Positions 37,069 through 47,157 of a stretch of 64,000 nt of DNA are shown here, in pieces. This DNA comes from an uncultured Gemmatimonadota bacterium (GTDB lineage Bacteria > JAAXHH01). Made by a program: the position numbers and the translations under genes. Position 1 is the first letter of the stretch. Each line of letters opens with the position of its first letter. Under the pieces are notes generated by a model, which was not told where the DNA came from, did not search any database, and was given only the letters and a program-made list of their open reading frames with translations. The stretch is from assembly GCA_951812955.1 (NCBI GenBank), contig OX638340.1, forward strand, positions 2,336,001 to 2,400,000, given 5' to 3'.

Positions 37069-37391
37069 AACCTCAAGATGTAAAAATCGAACGCAGCAGC
37101 GGAAATGTCTTTGCCGATCTTGGCTTGCCGGATGCCGAAACGCACTTGCTTAAAGCTGAGCTAGTGACGCGAATCGACAGGATCATTCGCCAGCGTGGTC
37201 TGAAGCAGGTCGAGGCGGAGAAATTGCTCAGGCTGTCTCAACCTGACGTGTCCCGACTGATGCGAGGGGACTTCCGGGAGTATTCAGTGGAAAGGCTCCT
37301 GCGCCTTCTGACGGCATTGGGACGCGATGTCGATATAGTCGTCCACGAGAACCACGCCGGGCGACCTGGACGTCTCAGCGTAAGAACTTGA
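37065..37391 (+). CDS. HTH (XRE-type) antitoxin, HigA-like
   Basis: 108 aa with an HTH segment LKQVEAEKLLRLSQPDVSRLMRG. Confidence 0.6.
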   Translation: MKPQDVKIERSSGNVFADLGLPDAETHLLKAELVTRIDRIIRQRGLKQVEAEKLLRLSQPDVSRLMRGDFREYSVERLLRLLTALGRDVDIVVHENHAGRPGRLSVRT

Positions 37392-37482
37392 AATGCCTAA
37401 AACGACAGGAAATGCATGACCACGGAAACGCTCAATTCCCACCTGTTTCAATCCGCGTAGACATTCGCAGCCCTTATCAGCC

Positions 37483-38310
37483 TTACTGGTCCGTCGCGAT
37501 ATCGTCCTCCCAGTCCAGCGTCTTGAACCAGTAATCCCGCCGTTCTTTCAGCCACCCGTCCTCCGTACGCAGCATGATCCAGTTGTCGAAGAAATTCAGG
37601 GCGTCCGCTTCTCCCTGACGGATCGCGATGGCCTCGGCGCCACGGTCCAGGGGTTCATCAAAAGGGATAAAGAGCCGATCGCTGTTGCGCAGGACCTCAT
37701 GTTCCGGTTTGGGCGAGGAAGCGATCACCGCTTCGGCGTTGCCGTTCAGTGCCTCCTGGAAGGCGAGGATGTCGTCGTCGAACTGCTGGATTACAGCGCT
37801 GGGGAAGTTCTTTCGTGCGGCCTGGACCGAAGTCGATCCGCGGCGCACGGCAATGGTGATCTCGGCGCTGTCGTAGTCCTCTTTGCTTACCAGGTTTCCC
37901 GCCAACTCCCTGCCGGCGGCCAGGAGCAGTTCCGAATGGGAATAGGGCCGGGTGAAGTTTACGCTCAGGTTACGCGTCGGGGTGATGGACATGCCGGCGA
38001 TGATCACGTCGAACTTGCCGGCCAGGAGTCCGGGGATGATCCCGTCCCATGCCGTGGGAATGAACTCGATCTCCAGGCCCGCGTCGGAGGCCAGGCGGTT
38101 GGCTACATCGATCTCGAATCCCACCAGTTCCCCCTGCTTGTTGCGCATGGCCCAGGGGACGAAGGTCGACACGCCGACCCGTATGGTTCCCCGCTGTTTG
38201 ATCTGGTCGAGCAGACTCGGGCGGGAAGTCTCCGTGGCGGATCCACAGCCCGTAACGATCAGTGCGGCCGCGCAGATGGCAGCCAGGATAAATTTGCTCT
38301 TGTAAACCAT
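37483..38310 (-). CDS. ABC transporter substrate-binding protein (amino-acid type, PBP family 3), lipoprotein
   Basis: The start at 38310 gives MVYKSKFILAAICAAALIVTGC, a lipobox. The ORF start at 38373 is also ATG. Confidence 0.65.
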   Translation of the reverse strand: MVYKSKFILAAICAAALIVTGCGSATETSRPSLLDQIKQRGTIRVGVSTFVPWAMRNKQGELVGFEIDVANRLASDAGLEIEFIPTAWDGIIPGLLAGKFDVIIAGMSITPTRNLSVNFTRPYSHSELLLAAGRELAGNLVSKEDYDSAEITIAVRRGSTSVQAARKNFPSAVIQQFDDDILAFQEALNGNAEAVIASSPKPEHEVLRNSDRLFIPFDEPLDRGAEAIAIRQGEADALNFFDNWIMLRTEDGWLKERRDYWFKTLDWEDDIATDQ

Positions 38311-38420
38311 GTGGAGGGATCCTCTCACGCTCCGTGGTGTATGATTATGCGTTGAATTTATGCCCGAATTCATGATGACTGACTGTGCGGAATTTCGTGC
38401 TTCGATGACAGATTACCGCG

Positions 38421-38526
38421 CGGGACCCATCGCCCCTCGCCGATTCGCTGCCTCCAGGGCTGAACGGCACCTCGTAGATTCGCCGTAAGCCGGGACCCAT
38501 CGCCCCTTCGCCGATTCGTTGCCTCC
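38421..38526. repeat. 70-bp-period tandem repeat (2.5 copies) derived from the 3' end of the PhyH gene
   Basis: CGGGACCCATCGCCCCT(T)CGCCGATTCG(C/T)TGCCTCC occurs at 38421-38455 and 38491-38526. It is homologous to the real 3' end (…GAMAAAQ-stop at 38539). Confidence 0.7.
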
Positions 38527-38538
38527 GGCGCATCTTCT

Positions 38539-39330
38539 CTACTGTGCGGCAGCCATCGCCCCCTCGCCGAAGATAACGGGAAAAGTACTCCCCGCCCGGG
38601 ACCGGGTCGCCGCATCCATGAAGCACATGCTGAAGGCGCGCCTGGCCGAACCGGTGCTGTTCGTTCCGGAACTGTGCAGCATCCAGTTGTGCATCAGGAC
38701 GGTCTCGCCGCACGCGACTTCCATGTTGATGGGTTCATGCTCTGCGACGACCGCCGCCGCCTGTTCTTCCGTCAGGAATCCGGACCCGTGGCTCGGATTA
38801 ACGAGGCTGCGGTGGGAACCCGGAATGATCTTTACGCAGCCGTTCTCCTCGACGGCGTCGTCCAGTGCCGTCCAGAGCGTTACGAGCGGGTCGCGGTCCA
38901 GGTCGGTCCAACGGTCCTGGTGCCACACGAGGGGCGTTCCTTCCCCGCTAGGCTTGTTCATGAACATCGCCCGGAAGCAGGCCACCGGCGTATCCGCTCC
39001 GTAGACCCTCTCGCAGATCTCCTCGAAGACTGGCTTCCGCATGAAGGAGTGGTACACAGGATCCAGTTCCAGGTCCTGGATCTTCCGGTAGCACAGCGTG
39101 GCCCCCTTGTGGCCCCTGGACTGGGGACCGGGCTTGTCGCCACCGCGCTCCGGGTCGCGGTCGAGCTGCATCATGACCCGGCTGTAGTCGATATCGGCCC
39201 TGCCCAGCATGATGTCGTCGATGCGCTCCTGCAGCCGCTCGAGTTCTCCCGGCTCCATCAAGGTGCCGAGACGCAGGTAGCCCTGCCGTTCGAATACCGC
39301 CCACTGGTCCTCGGTAATCCGGGCATTCAT
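38539..39330 (-). CDS. phytanoyl-CoA dioxygenase (PhyH) family oxygenase
   Basis: 263 aa with WHQDRW..D and later H ligands. Confidence 0.65.
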   Translation of the reverse strand: MNARITEDQWAVFERQGYLRLGTLMEPGELERLQERIDDIMLGRADIDYSRVMMQLDRDPERGGDKPGPQSRGHKGATLCYRKIQDLELDPVYHSFMRKPVFEEICERVYGADTPVACFRAMFMNKPSGEGTPLVWHQDRWTDLDRDPLVTLWTALDDAVEENGCVKIIPGSHRSLVNPSHGSGFLTEEQAAAVVAEHEPINMEVACGETVLMHNWMLHSSGTNSTGSARRAFSMCFMDAATRSRAGSTFPVIFGEGAMAAAQ

Positions 39331-39402
39331 GGATTTCGCTCCTGTCTGTCAGCGCAAAGGCCGTGGTTTGTCCTGTGTACCGAGTCACGCTGTATTGGCC
39401 CG

Positions 39403-40521
39403 CTAGAGCAATCGTGCGAAACGAAACGCTTCATTGTCTATAGTCGTCGGCTGTCCCAGCGCCGTCTCGGCCATCCATTCGCCAAAGGCGCAGGAGAACT
39501 TGAACCCGCCTCCGCTGAATCCGCAGCCCACGGTAACCCGGTCATAGGCCGGGTGGCGGTCGAGCACGGGCAGGTAATCCTTCGTACTGGTGTACATGCA
39601 GATCCGCATTGCGGTGAGCGGTCCGTCGGCATCGGGTATGTAACGGCGCAGGCACGCCCGGACCTCCTCCTCGTCGTCGGGTCGGACGCCGCGGTCCAGT
39701 TGATCGGGATCCGAAGTCTCCCCGTAATTGTGCAGGGCCAGCTTGAACCCCGGATGGTCGGGCATCATGGGGAAACCGTAGTACTCGCCGTCCGGCTCCG
39801 GCGCGGGGATCTGCCAGATGGGCAGCGATCCCACGTCGAAGCAGGCCGCGTTCCGCGCGGGCCATACCCAGGCCAGGGGCTGGCGGCTGACCGTCAGGGA
39901 AATGCCCAGGTCCGCGATCAGCGGGGCGGTCCACGAACCGCTGCAGAAAACGACCTGGTCCGCGCAGTAACGGCCACGGTCCGTCTCGACTTCCACGCAG
40001 TCGCCCGTTTCCTTCCAACCGGTCACGGTCTCGCGGCCGTGTATCTCGGCGCCGCGGCGCATCGCCTGTATGAGGTGGCTCGCGATGCCCAGTTCCGGAC
40101 GCAACAGGCCGCCGTTCGGATCGTAAAGGCCGTGGTAATCGGACGTCAACGTGAACTGCGGGTACCGATAGGCCAGTTCGTCGGCGGTAAGGACCTCGTG
40201 CCTGACTTTGCCCTGCAAATGGTCCCATGTGCCGGTGTTCGCCATGCGCAGGTAGCCGGTCGTCACCAGGATCTGCTGGCCGGTCTCGCCCTCGAGCAGC
40301 CGCCACAGTTCGAAGGACCGGCCGATGAAGGGTTCGAAGGGCGTATCCACGTAGACCGCCGTCTTGGTGTGGCGGGAATACCCGTGGGAACTCCCCTGGG
40401 CGTGAGGCAGATCGAAGCGTTCCAGTCCGAGGACCTTCGCGCCCCGTCCTCCAAGGTGGTAGCATGTGGCCGAACCCATGGCGCCAAGACCCACTACGAT
40501 GACGTCAAAGTGTTTACCCAT
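39403..40521 (-). CDS. monomeric sarcosine oxidase / N-methyltryptophan oxidase-like FAD oxidoreductase
   Basis: The start at 40521 gives MGKHFDVIVVGLGAMG (FAD GxGxxG). The ORF to 40662 is over-extended. Confidence 0.7.
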   Translation of the reverse strand: MGKHFDVIVVGLGAMGSATCYHLGGRGAKVLGLERFDLPHAQGSSHGYSRHTKTAVYVDTPFEPFIGRSFELWRLLEGETGQQILVTTGYLRMANTGTWDHLQGKVRHEVLTADELAYRYPQFTLTSDYHGLYDPNGGLLRPELGIASHLIQAMRRGAEIHGRETVTGWKETGDCVEVETDRGRYCADQVVFCSGSWTAPLIADLGISLTVSRQPLAWVWPARNAACFDVGSLPIWQIPAPEPDGEYYGFPMMPDHPGFKLALHNYGETSDPDQLDRGVRPDDEEEVRACLRRYIPDADGPLTAMRICMYTSTKDYLPVLDRHPAYDRVTVGCGFSGGGFKFSCAFGEWMAETALGQPTTIDNEAFRFARLL

Positions 40522-41101
40522 CCTTCCCCCTCTGCTCCATGTGTCGCACCAGGTCCGGGAAAAACCGCAGGAAGTGCCCTTCCATTTCTCCGTAGTTGGC
40601 CTCGAGTTCCTCCACCGATCCCGCCAGCGTGTTGGGCCGTCGGAGGCGCATGGACAGGCCATTCAGCGCCCGGCCGACCCCGGAAGTTTCATGGTAGCCC
40701 TGCAGCCAGTCGTGTTCCACCATGTGCCGGATCACCCTGGTCATGACCGGCGGCATTTCGCCTCGATAGTCGCGGAGGGACCCGTAAGTCCTGTCGATGA
40801 ACTCGGTCAGCGGAACGTCCGAGAAGTTCGACCAGTTCCTCGCGAGAAAATGGTCGTAGCACACGTCCACGATGATTCCGGCGAATCTCCTGCGGCCGCT
40901 GCTGATGAGCGCCTTGCTCTCGCGCACCACGTCGTGGCTGTCGGTGAAACGGTCCACGGCCACGTGGCTTCGCATGCCCTGCATGACTGCGCCGTTGTAC
41001 GGCTGCCGGTCCACCGGTCCCCGCACGAAATCGGCCATGAGGTTCCCCACGCGGGATTCGGGCGTATCTTCTGCGAAATACAGGTGGGCCAGGAAGTTCA
41101 T
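40514..41101 (-). CDS. acpH: acyl carrier protein phosphodiesterase
   Basis: MNFLAHLYFAE...GNLMADFVRG...DHFLARNWS closely parallels E. coli AcpH. Confidence 0.75.
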   Translation of the reverse strand: MNFLAHLYFAEDTPESRVGNLMADFVRGPVDRQPYNGAVMQGMRSHVAVDRFTDSHDVVRESKALISSGRRRFAGIIVDVCYDHFLARNWSNFSDVPLTEFIDRTYGSLRDYRGEMPPVMTRVIRHMVEHDWLQGYHETSGVGRALNGLSMRLRRPNTLAGSVEELEANYGEMEGHFLRFFPDLVRHMEQRGKDG

Positions 41102-42321
41102 AGACTGGACAGCCGGGTCTCCACCAGGATCTCGGAATGCAGGGTCCGGTGCACGGGGCAGCGGTCGGCGATCTCGAGCAGCCGCGACCGCTGTTCTCCG
41201 GTCAGGTCGCCGATCAACTCGATCTCCCGTTCGATGCGGTCCACCTTGCCCTCGGCGGTCTCGCAGGTCTCGCAGTGGCTGGCGTGGATTTTCGCGTGGG
41301 TGAGCCGGACGACGATCTCCTCCAGCGGCCAGGACTTGCGGTCGGCGTACATCCTGAGCGTAATGGACGTGCAGGAGCCCAGGGCCCCGAGCAGGAGGTC
41401 ATAGGGAGTCCCGCCGCGGTCCGTGCCCCCGACCGACTCCGGTTCGTCCACGGTAATGTGATGGCCCGAGGCCGCGACTTCCGTATAGTAGCGTTCCCGC
41501 CCCGTCCGCACCACCACCTGGCTCCCCGCTGGTTCGGGTCCGGCGTCCCTCGCGGCGGGCACGTCCAGGTACCGCGTCGCCCATGCCGCGGCGGCCCGGC
41601 CGACGTAGAATGCATCGGCCTCGTTCGAAAGCAGGTGATCCGCCTTGTCGAGGGAGAGGAAACTCTTCGGGTGGAGCGCGGCCTGGAATATCCGGGCGGC
41701 GTTATCTATACCGACCGTCTGGTCGATCGGCGAGTGGCACACCAGCAGCGCGCGGCGGAGACCCCGGATGTTCTCCTCCATCCGTGTCTCCTCGAGATCG
41801 TCGAGAAACTGTTTTTTGATCAGGAAAGAGCGGCCAGCCAGCGAGACGGTGGCCTGGCCGGTCCGCTCGATGGTCTCCCGCGCGTCCGCAATCAGGTGCG
41901 TCACGTGCTCCGGATCGGCCGGTGCGCCGATGGTCACCACCGCCTTGCAGGAAGGGATCGAGCCGGCGGCCTTCAGTACGGCCGCTCCGCCGAGGGAGTG
42001 GCCGATCAGGACCTGCGGCGCCTCGTAATGGGTCTCCAGGTAACTCGCCGCGGAGACCAGGTCGTCCACGTTGGAAGAGAAACTGGTTTCGGAGAAGTCC
42101 CCTTCGCTGTCGCCCAGGCCGGTGAAATCGAACTGCAGTACGGCCAGACCGTGGTCGGACATCTCCTGGCTGATGCGCCGGACGGCGTTCAGGTTCCGGT
42201 TGCAGGTGAAACAGTGGGCGAACAACGCGTAGGCGACCGGCCTGCCGTCGGGCGGCAGGCTGAGCCGCGCGGCAAGCTGGTCGCCGTGGTCATTCGGAAA
42301 GCTGATCGTCTGAACGGGCAT
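41098..42321 (-). CDS. alpha/beta hydrolase fused to an OsmC/Ohr-family domain
   Basis: The N-terminus carries GHSLGG, a nucleophile elbow. The C-terminal ~140 aa is an OsmC-like fold with paired Cys. ATGA overlap with acpH. Confidence 0.65.
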   Translation of the reverse strand: MPVQTISFPNDHGDQLAARLSLPPDGRPVAYALFAHCFTCNRNLNAVRRISQEMSDHGLAVLQFDFTGLGDSEGDFSETSFSSNVDDLVSAASYLETHYEAPQVLIGHSLGGAAVLKAAGSIPSCKAVVTIGAPADPEHVTHLIADARETIERTGQATVSLAGRSFLIKKQFLDDLEETRMEENIRGLRRALLVCHSPIDQTVGIDNAARIFQAALHPKSFLSLDKADHLLSNEADAFYVGRAAAAWATRYLDVPAARDAGPEPAGSQVVVRTGRERYYTEVAASGHHITVDEPESVGGTDRGGTPYDLLLGALGSCTSITLRMYADRKSWPLEEIVVRLTHAKIHASHCETCETAEGKVDRIEREIELIGDLTGEQRSRLLEIADRCPVHRTLHSEILVETRLSSL

Positions 42322-42351
42322 GACAATCCCCGGTCCGCGTTCGACCCGTTC

Positions 42352-45204
42352 CTACTCCAGCTGGCCGGTTTCGTCGGACAGGCGTTGCAGGACGTTCTCC
42401 AACTGCTGCAGCGAAGTCCCGTAACCGGACCAGTCGCCGGTCTGCAGGTAGTTCTGCGCGTCGTCGAAATGGGCTACCGCCCGTTTAGCCAGTTCATCCA
42501 GCGTGGCACGACGGGTATGGATCACCTCCTGGCCGTCGACGATCGTCTTGGTCTGCCGGGCCAGCGTGCCTTCGTCGAATGAGAAGATGGACGACAGCGC
42601 CTGGTCCAGCGTCTCCCGCATGGCGATCCGGTTGCCGTAGGCGACGATCACGCGCTTGAGTTCGGGCAGCCCGCCCCGGCTGGACCGTTGCCGGAGGTAC
42701 AGCGGTTCGATGTAGAGGAGCGACTCCTGGATCGGCACGACGATGATGTCGCCCCGGATCACCTGCGAGCCTTCCTGGTTCCAGAGGGTAAGCTCCTTGG
42801 CGATATCGGCGTCCTGGGTGATCCTGGCCTCGATCTGCATGGGACCGTAGACCAGCTCCTGTTTCGGGAAGTTGTAGACCTGTATGCGGCCATAGAGCGG
42901 TTGGTCGCAGTGGGCCGCCATCCAGCCGATCATGTTCTCCTTGTTGGCTGGCGTGAAGGGCAGCAGCAGGAGCAGTTCCTCCTTGTCCATCTGGGCCGTC
43001 TTCATCACGGCGTAGTACGGGTACACCTGCTGTTCCTGTTCGGCGTAGACCTGCTGGGGAACCGCCCACATGTCTTCCTTGTTGTAGAACACCTGGGGAT
43101 TGCGCATGTGGTAGATACGGTACATGGCGGCCTGGATGGCGAACATGTCTCTCGGATACCGGATGTGGTCCTTCAGCGTCTGCGGCATCTCGCTCAGCGG
43201 CCTGAAAAGCGTCGGGAAAATATTCCGGTAGGTCCGCACCAGCGGATCCTCTTCGTCCACCAGGTAGAAGTCGGTCTCGCCCGAGTAGGCGTCGATGACC
43301 ACTTTCACCGAATTGCGTATGTAATTGATGTTCTGCAGCGTAGGCTGGTTCTGGACGAACCGTCGTTGCGGCGCCTGGTTGAGGCCCGGTATATCCGACT
43401 GCGGTCCGGTGCCCAGGTCGCCCGTGTCCGGCATCTGCAGAAGCCCGCTGAAGCGTTGCGAGTAGGGATAGGAACCGGTCGTCGTATAGGCGTCGATCAT
43501 CCAGTAGAGCTTTCCGCCGGCGATGATCAGGTAGGGATCGTGATCATAGTCCAGGAACGGTGCGACGTTCTCCACCCGGCTTTGCAGGCGGCGGTAGAAC
43601 ATGACCTGGCTTTCTTCGGTGATGAGCGGGCTGATGACGAAGTTGGCCTCGCTGAAATACCGGGCGAAGGCCAGGCGGCGGAAATAGGAACTGAGCTCCA
43701 CGCCGCCGTCGTCCTCGTACCTGCTGAACTTGTTCTGGTCGCCTTCCGGATAGTCGAATTCCTCCTGCGTGGTCTTCACGACCGCGTAGGCTTCCATGTT
43801 CTCGCCGAAGTACAGCTCAGGACGCCGTACGGCAAGGTCGTCGCTGATGGCAACGGGCGGGATGTCCTTCACGAAGAGATCCGGCAGTCCCTCGGGCGTG
43901 GATGTATTCACCGGACTGAGGCAAAGACCGTAACCGTGCGTGTAGAAGAGGTGCCTGTTCTGCCACGTGGGCGACGGGATCTGGTTGTAGTTCAGCTCGC
44001 GCGCGGCCAGCATGACCTGTCGGTACTGGCCGTCGATCAGGTACCGGTCCTCGTCCACGTTGGAGAAATCGTAATAGGTCCGGATCTCCTGAAGTTGCTG
44101 GTAAGTCCGGCGCAATGGACGCTTGTCCTGGATCTTCAGGTTGTTGATGGTCGTGATGTTGGACTGGATATCTTCCGACGTGAGGTTCTCCTGAATCTGG
44201 AAGGGCACCTCGTCGACGCTGTCCAGCCCGTAGCCTTGCAGCGTGTAGTTGATGGTATGCTGAATGTAAGGCGCCTCGCGGTCGTACTCGTTGGGAGCCA
44301 CCAGGAAGTACTGAACGAGTCCAGGATATACCGAACCGACGATCAGGGAAGAGGCGATCATGCCGCCGATGGCGATGAAGGGAAGGTTGCGGCGCTGAGA
44401 GCGGAGCGACATCACGAACAGGCCTGCGCACGTGATGGCCACGAAGAGCAGGATCCACAAGGCGTTAATCCGGGCGTGCAGATCGGTATAGCCCGCGCCG
44501 AAGGCGAATCCCGATTCGGAGTAGAGCAGACGGTACATGTCGAGCCGGTAGCCCCAGGCCATGAGCAGGAAGACGATGGCGCCCAGGACGCAGACGTGGT
44601 TCCTTGCGTAGGAGCGGATCTGTATGCCGCGTTCCTCGATGGTGACTGCGCCGCGGTAAAGGTAATACAGGGTAACGGCGATCGCCGAGGCCACGACCAG
44701 GAGCAACAGCCAGAACCGGACGAAATGCATGATCGGCAGCGAGAAAACGAAGAATCCGATATCGAGATTGAATATGGGGTCCGTGGCGCCGAAGGCTTCC
44801 TGATTGAAATACCGTAGCATGCCGTCCCAGTTTGCCAGGCCGATCAGACCCATGATTGCGGAAATGACCAGGATGCCGACGATCGTCACGACCTCGATCA
44901 GTTTCGACGAGGAAAAAAGCTGTTCGAGTTCGGACATTTCCTCGTTGAAAAGGTGCAGTTCGGTGAGGCGCGTCGAGAAATACCGCGCCAGGTAGACATT
45001 CGTCCCGAGGCCGACCACCGCGACCAGCCCAAATACCAGTCCCGTGAAGAACTTTGCGCTGATCGTCGTCCAGAACACGTCGTTGAATCCCAGTTGATCG
45101 AACCAGAGCGCTTCTACCCAGATGTTGGCCCCGAATCCGCTGAGGATCCATAGTCCGATAACGACGATGGCTGCAATGAAGATTAAAGATCTGAATCTAC
45201 CCAA
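42352..45204 (-). CDS. UPF0182 family membrane protein
   Basis: 950 aa. An N-terminal multi-TM region (MGRFRSLIFIAAIVVIGLWILSGF...ALWFDQLGF) is followed by a large soluble domain. TTG start with AAGGAG SD. Confidence 0.75.
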   Translation of the reverse strand: MGRFRSLIFIAAIVVIGLWILSGFGANIWVEALWFDQLGFNDVFWTTISAKFFTGLVFGLVAVVGLGTNVYLARYFSTRLTELHLFNEEMSELEQLFSSSKLIEVVTIVGILVISAIMGLIGLANWDGMLRYFNQEAFGATDPIFNLDIGFFVFSLPIMHFVRFWLLLLVVASAIAVTLYYLYRGAVTIEERGIQIRSYARNHVCVLGAIVFLLMAWGYRLDMYRLLYSESGFAFGAGYTDLHARINALWILLFVAITCAGLFVMSLRSQRRNLPFIAIGGMIASSLIVGSVYPGLVQYFLVAPNEYDREAPYIQHTINYTLQGYGLDSVDEVPFQIQENLTSEDIQSNITTINNLKIQDKRPLRRTYQQLQEIRTYYDFSNVDEDRYLIDGQYRQVMLAARELNYNQIPSPTWQNRHLFYTHGYGLCLSPVNTSTPEGLPDLFVKDIPPVAISDDLAVRRPELYFGENMEAYAVVKTTQEEFDYPEGDQNKFSRYEDDGGVELSSYFRRLAFARYFSEANFVISPLITEESQVMFYRRLQSRVENVAPFLDYDHDPYLIIAGGKLYWMIDAYTTTGSYPYSQRFSGLLQMPDTGDLGTGPQSDIPGLNQAPQRRFVQNQPTLQNINYIRNSVKVVIDAYSGETDFYLVDEEDPLVRTYRNIFPTLFRPLSEMPQTLKDHIRYPRDMFAIQAAMYRIYHMRNPQVFYNKEDMWAVPQQVYAEQEQQVYPYYAVMKTAQMDKEELLLLLPFTPANKENMIGWMAAHCDQPLYGRIQVYNFPKQELVYGPMQIEARITQDADIAKELTLWNQEGSQVIRGDIIVVPIQESLLYIEPLYLRQRSSRGGLPELKRVIVAYGNRIAMRETLDQALSSIFSFDEGTLARQTKTIVDGQEVIHTRRATLDELAKRAVAHFDDAQNYLQTGDWSGYGTSLQQLENVLQRLSDETGQLE

Positions 45205-45328
45205 AATATCGCTCCTTGCCCGTTGTGTTGGGGACGATATGTGGAGTCACAGAACCCCCGCCCCCGGATTGGTTCTGCCTTGTTCTTAAAACTCTATTCT
45301 CTTAAAATCGGTTATATCTGTCTCTAAC

Positions 45329-46306
45329 TTATACGTGCCTCAATCCCGCCACAGCTATTCCTTTATCCAGCATCATGGGACGGGCGGCCTGGCGTATGCG
45401 GGCCTTGACCCCGTCATCGGTGATGTACTTGACCTGGTTGATCCCATCGATGCGAAACATCATTTCGAGGCCGGCCTGGCGCAGAGCAGTCGTTTCGGTA
45501 CCTTCCGCCAGATAATCGCCCATGCCGTCCGCGTACGTGCCCCACAGCCCTTCAACAGCGTCGAATACCCTATCTGCGTTCCGAGGACTGTTGTATGCGT
45601 GCAACAGGTAGTGGGCCATGATGAAGCCCGCGTCCTGGGCCGGGTGCCCGTAGTTTACGAATTCCAGGTCGAAGGTATGGACCCGCTCCTCCGCGACGAT
45701 GACGCTGGCCGTCCAGAAATCACCGTGGAGCAGCGCCTGTTTCGTTTCCGTGAACGTCTCCGCCAACTGGCGGGCGACGCGGTTCAGATCCGGATCTTCG
45801 ACGAAATAGAAACAGTACTTGTACCTCAGGCCCTGCATGTCTTCATTGTCGAATCGCGCACGCAAATCCGGGTCGTCCCAGGTCTGGCAGTGCAGGGACG
45901 AAAGGAACCCGCCGAGTTTGCCTGCTACGCTCGCGTCGACGCGTCCCCGCTCCAGCTCGGTTTCGAGGGACGGCCGCTTTCCCAGGTCGGACATGACCAG
46001 GATACGCCGCTCGTCGTCGAAATGCAGAACGGCCGGAACGGTTCCCTCGGGGAAAAGCCCGTCCAATTCCCGGAGGGCCTGCATCTCGTATACGATCCTG
46101 TCGGTGGTGACCCTGAGGTCCGGGAACAGCCGCAACGCGTCCAGGGCCTGCTTGACCACGACCGACCGGTCGCCTGCCGAGACCCGCAGCACGGTGTTCA
46201 GAAACCCGCCGCCCAGTTCTTCCACCGTGCAGGATCCCTCCGGCGGCGCGTCTAAAAGATGTCTTGTATACAGGTAATCCGCTACATTATCTTTATCTAT
46301 GTTCAT
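45329..46306 (-). CDS. mtnK: methylthioribose kinase-like phosphotransferase (APH fold)
   Basis: EELGGGFLNTVLRV...VVKQAL and HGDFWTASV resemble the MtnK glycine loop and catalytic loop. The start is at 46306 (MNIDKDNV). Confidence 0.55.
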   Translation of the reverse strand: MNIDKDNVADYLYTRHLLDAPPEGSCTVEELGGGFLNTVLRVSAGDRSVVVKQALDALRLFPDLRVTTDRIVYEMQALRELDGLFPEGTVPAVLHFDDERRILVMSDLGKRPSLETELERGRVDASVAGKLGGFLSSLHCQTWDDPDLRARFDNEDMQGLRYKYCFYFVEDPDLNRVARQLAETFTETKQALLHGDFWTASVIVAEERVHTFDLEFVNYGHPAQDAGFIMAHYLLHAYNSPRNADRVFDAVEGLWGTYADGMGDYLAEGTETTALRQAGLEMMFRIDGINQVKYITDDGVKARIRQAARPMMLDKGIAVAGLRHV

Positions 46307-46365
46307 GACCAAAGTGGCGTCATCATAACGCGACTCCCATCGCGCCAAGCCATGCATTCCGGCCA

Positions 46366-47115
46366 ATGATCCCTTACCCGCGTACCGCACTCGTCCTGCT
46401 CGCCAAGTACCCCGAACCCCGACGCGTCAAGACCCGGCTGGTCAATGGCACTGCGGAGAACGGTTACGCAGGCCTCAAGGATATCCGGGACAGGTCGGGC
46501 GCGATTCTTGGTCCGAAAGAAGCCAATCGCCTGGCGGCCGCTATGTACCGCGCTTTCCTGGTGGACCGGTTCGCGGCGCACCGGGGACGGGATTACGACG
46601 TCCTGCTGGCCGCGTCCCAGCCCGAATGCGCGGATGCCTTTCGCCCGATTACCGGGCCGGACGTCCCGTACCACGCCGCATCCGGCGCGAACATGGGCGA
46701 GATGATGCTCGGGATCTTCGAGGAACTGCTCGTAAGATACCCGTACGTGCTGATCTCCGGGAGCGACATGCCGCGCCTGGACGAAACCGTTATCGATCAA
46801 GCCCGTGCGTCCCTCTCATCCCACGATATTGTGCTTGTTCCTGCCCAGGACGGCGCGTACAATCTTATCGGCATGCGCAAGCCGCATCGGATATTCGATA
46901 TTTCGCGCTGGAGTTCGGGTTCTGAACTCGAGGAGACCGTAGCCTTGCTTCGGGACCGCCGAATCACCCACGAGGTGCTCGACGACTACCGCCTGCTGGA
47001 TATCGATACGATCGAAGACCTGGTGCAGTTGATGCGCAGTCCGAAAACCGTCGAAACGCCGCAAACCAACGCTTTTCTGGCTGCGCTCGACGAACGTTTC
47101 GACATCGCGGATTGA
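46366..47115 (+). CDS. DUF2064/TIGR04282-family nucleotidyltransferase-like (GT-A fold) protein
   Basis: RTALVLLAKYPEPRRVKTRL is a typical DUF2064 N-terminus. Confidence 0.55.
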   Translation: MIPYPRTALVLLAKYPEPRRVKTRLVNGTAENGYAGLKDIRDRSGAILGPKEANRLAAAMYRAFLVDRFAAHRGRDYDVLLAASQPECADAFRPITGPDVPYHAASGANMGEMMLGIFEELLVRYPYVLISGSDMPRLDETVIDQARASLSSHDIVLVPAQDGAYNLIGMRKPHRIFDISRWSSGSELEETVALLRDRRITHEVLDDYRLLDIDTIEDLVQLMRSPKTVETPQTNAFLAALDERFDIAD

Positions 47116-47157
47116 ACGCGTGAATCAACGCCGTATATTAAACCGGACAGGCTTCGG

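Noticed and set aside
38674-40746. 690-aa ORF antisense to the PhyH and MSOX genes
   Set aside because: Shadow ORF crossing two opposite-strand genes.
42688-44817. 709-aa ORF antisense to UPF0182
   Set aside because: Shadow ORF opposite a well-supported membrane protein gene.
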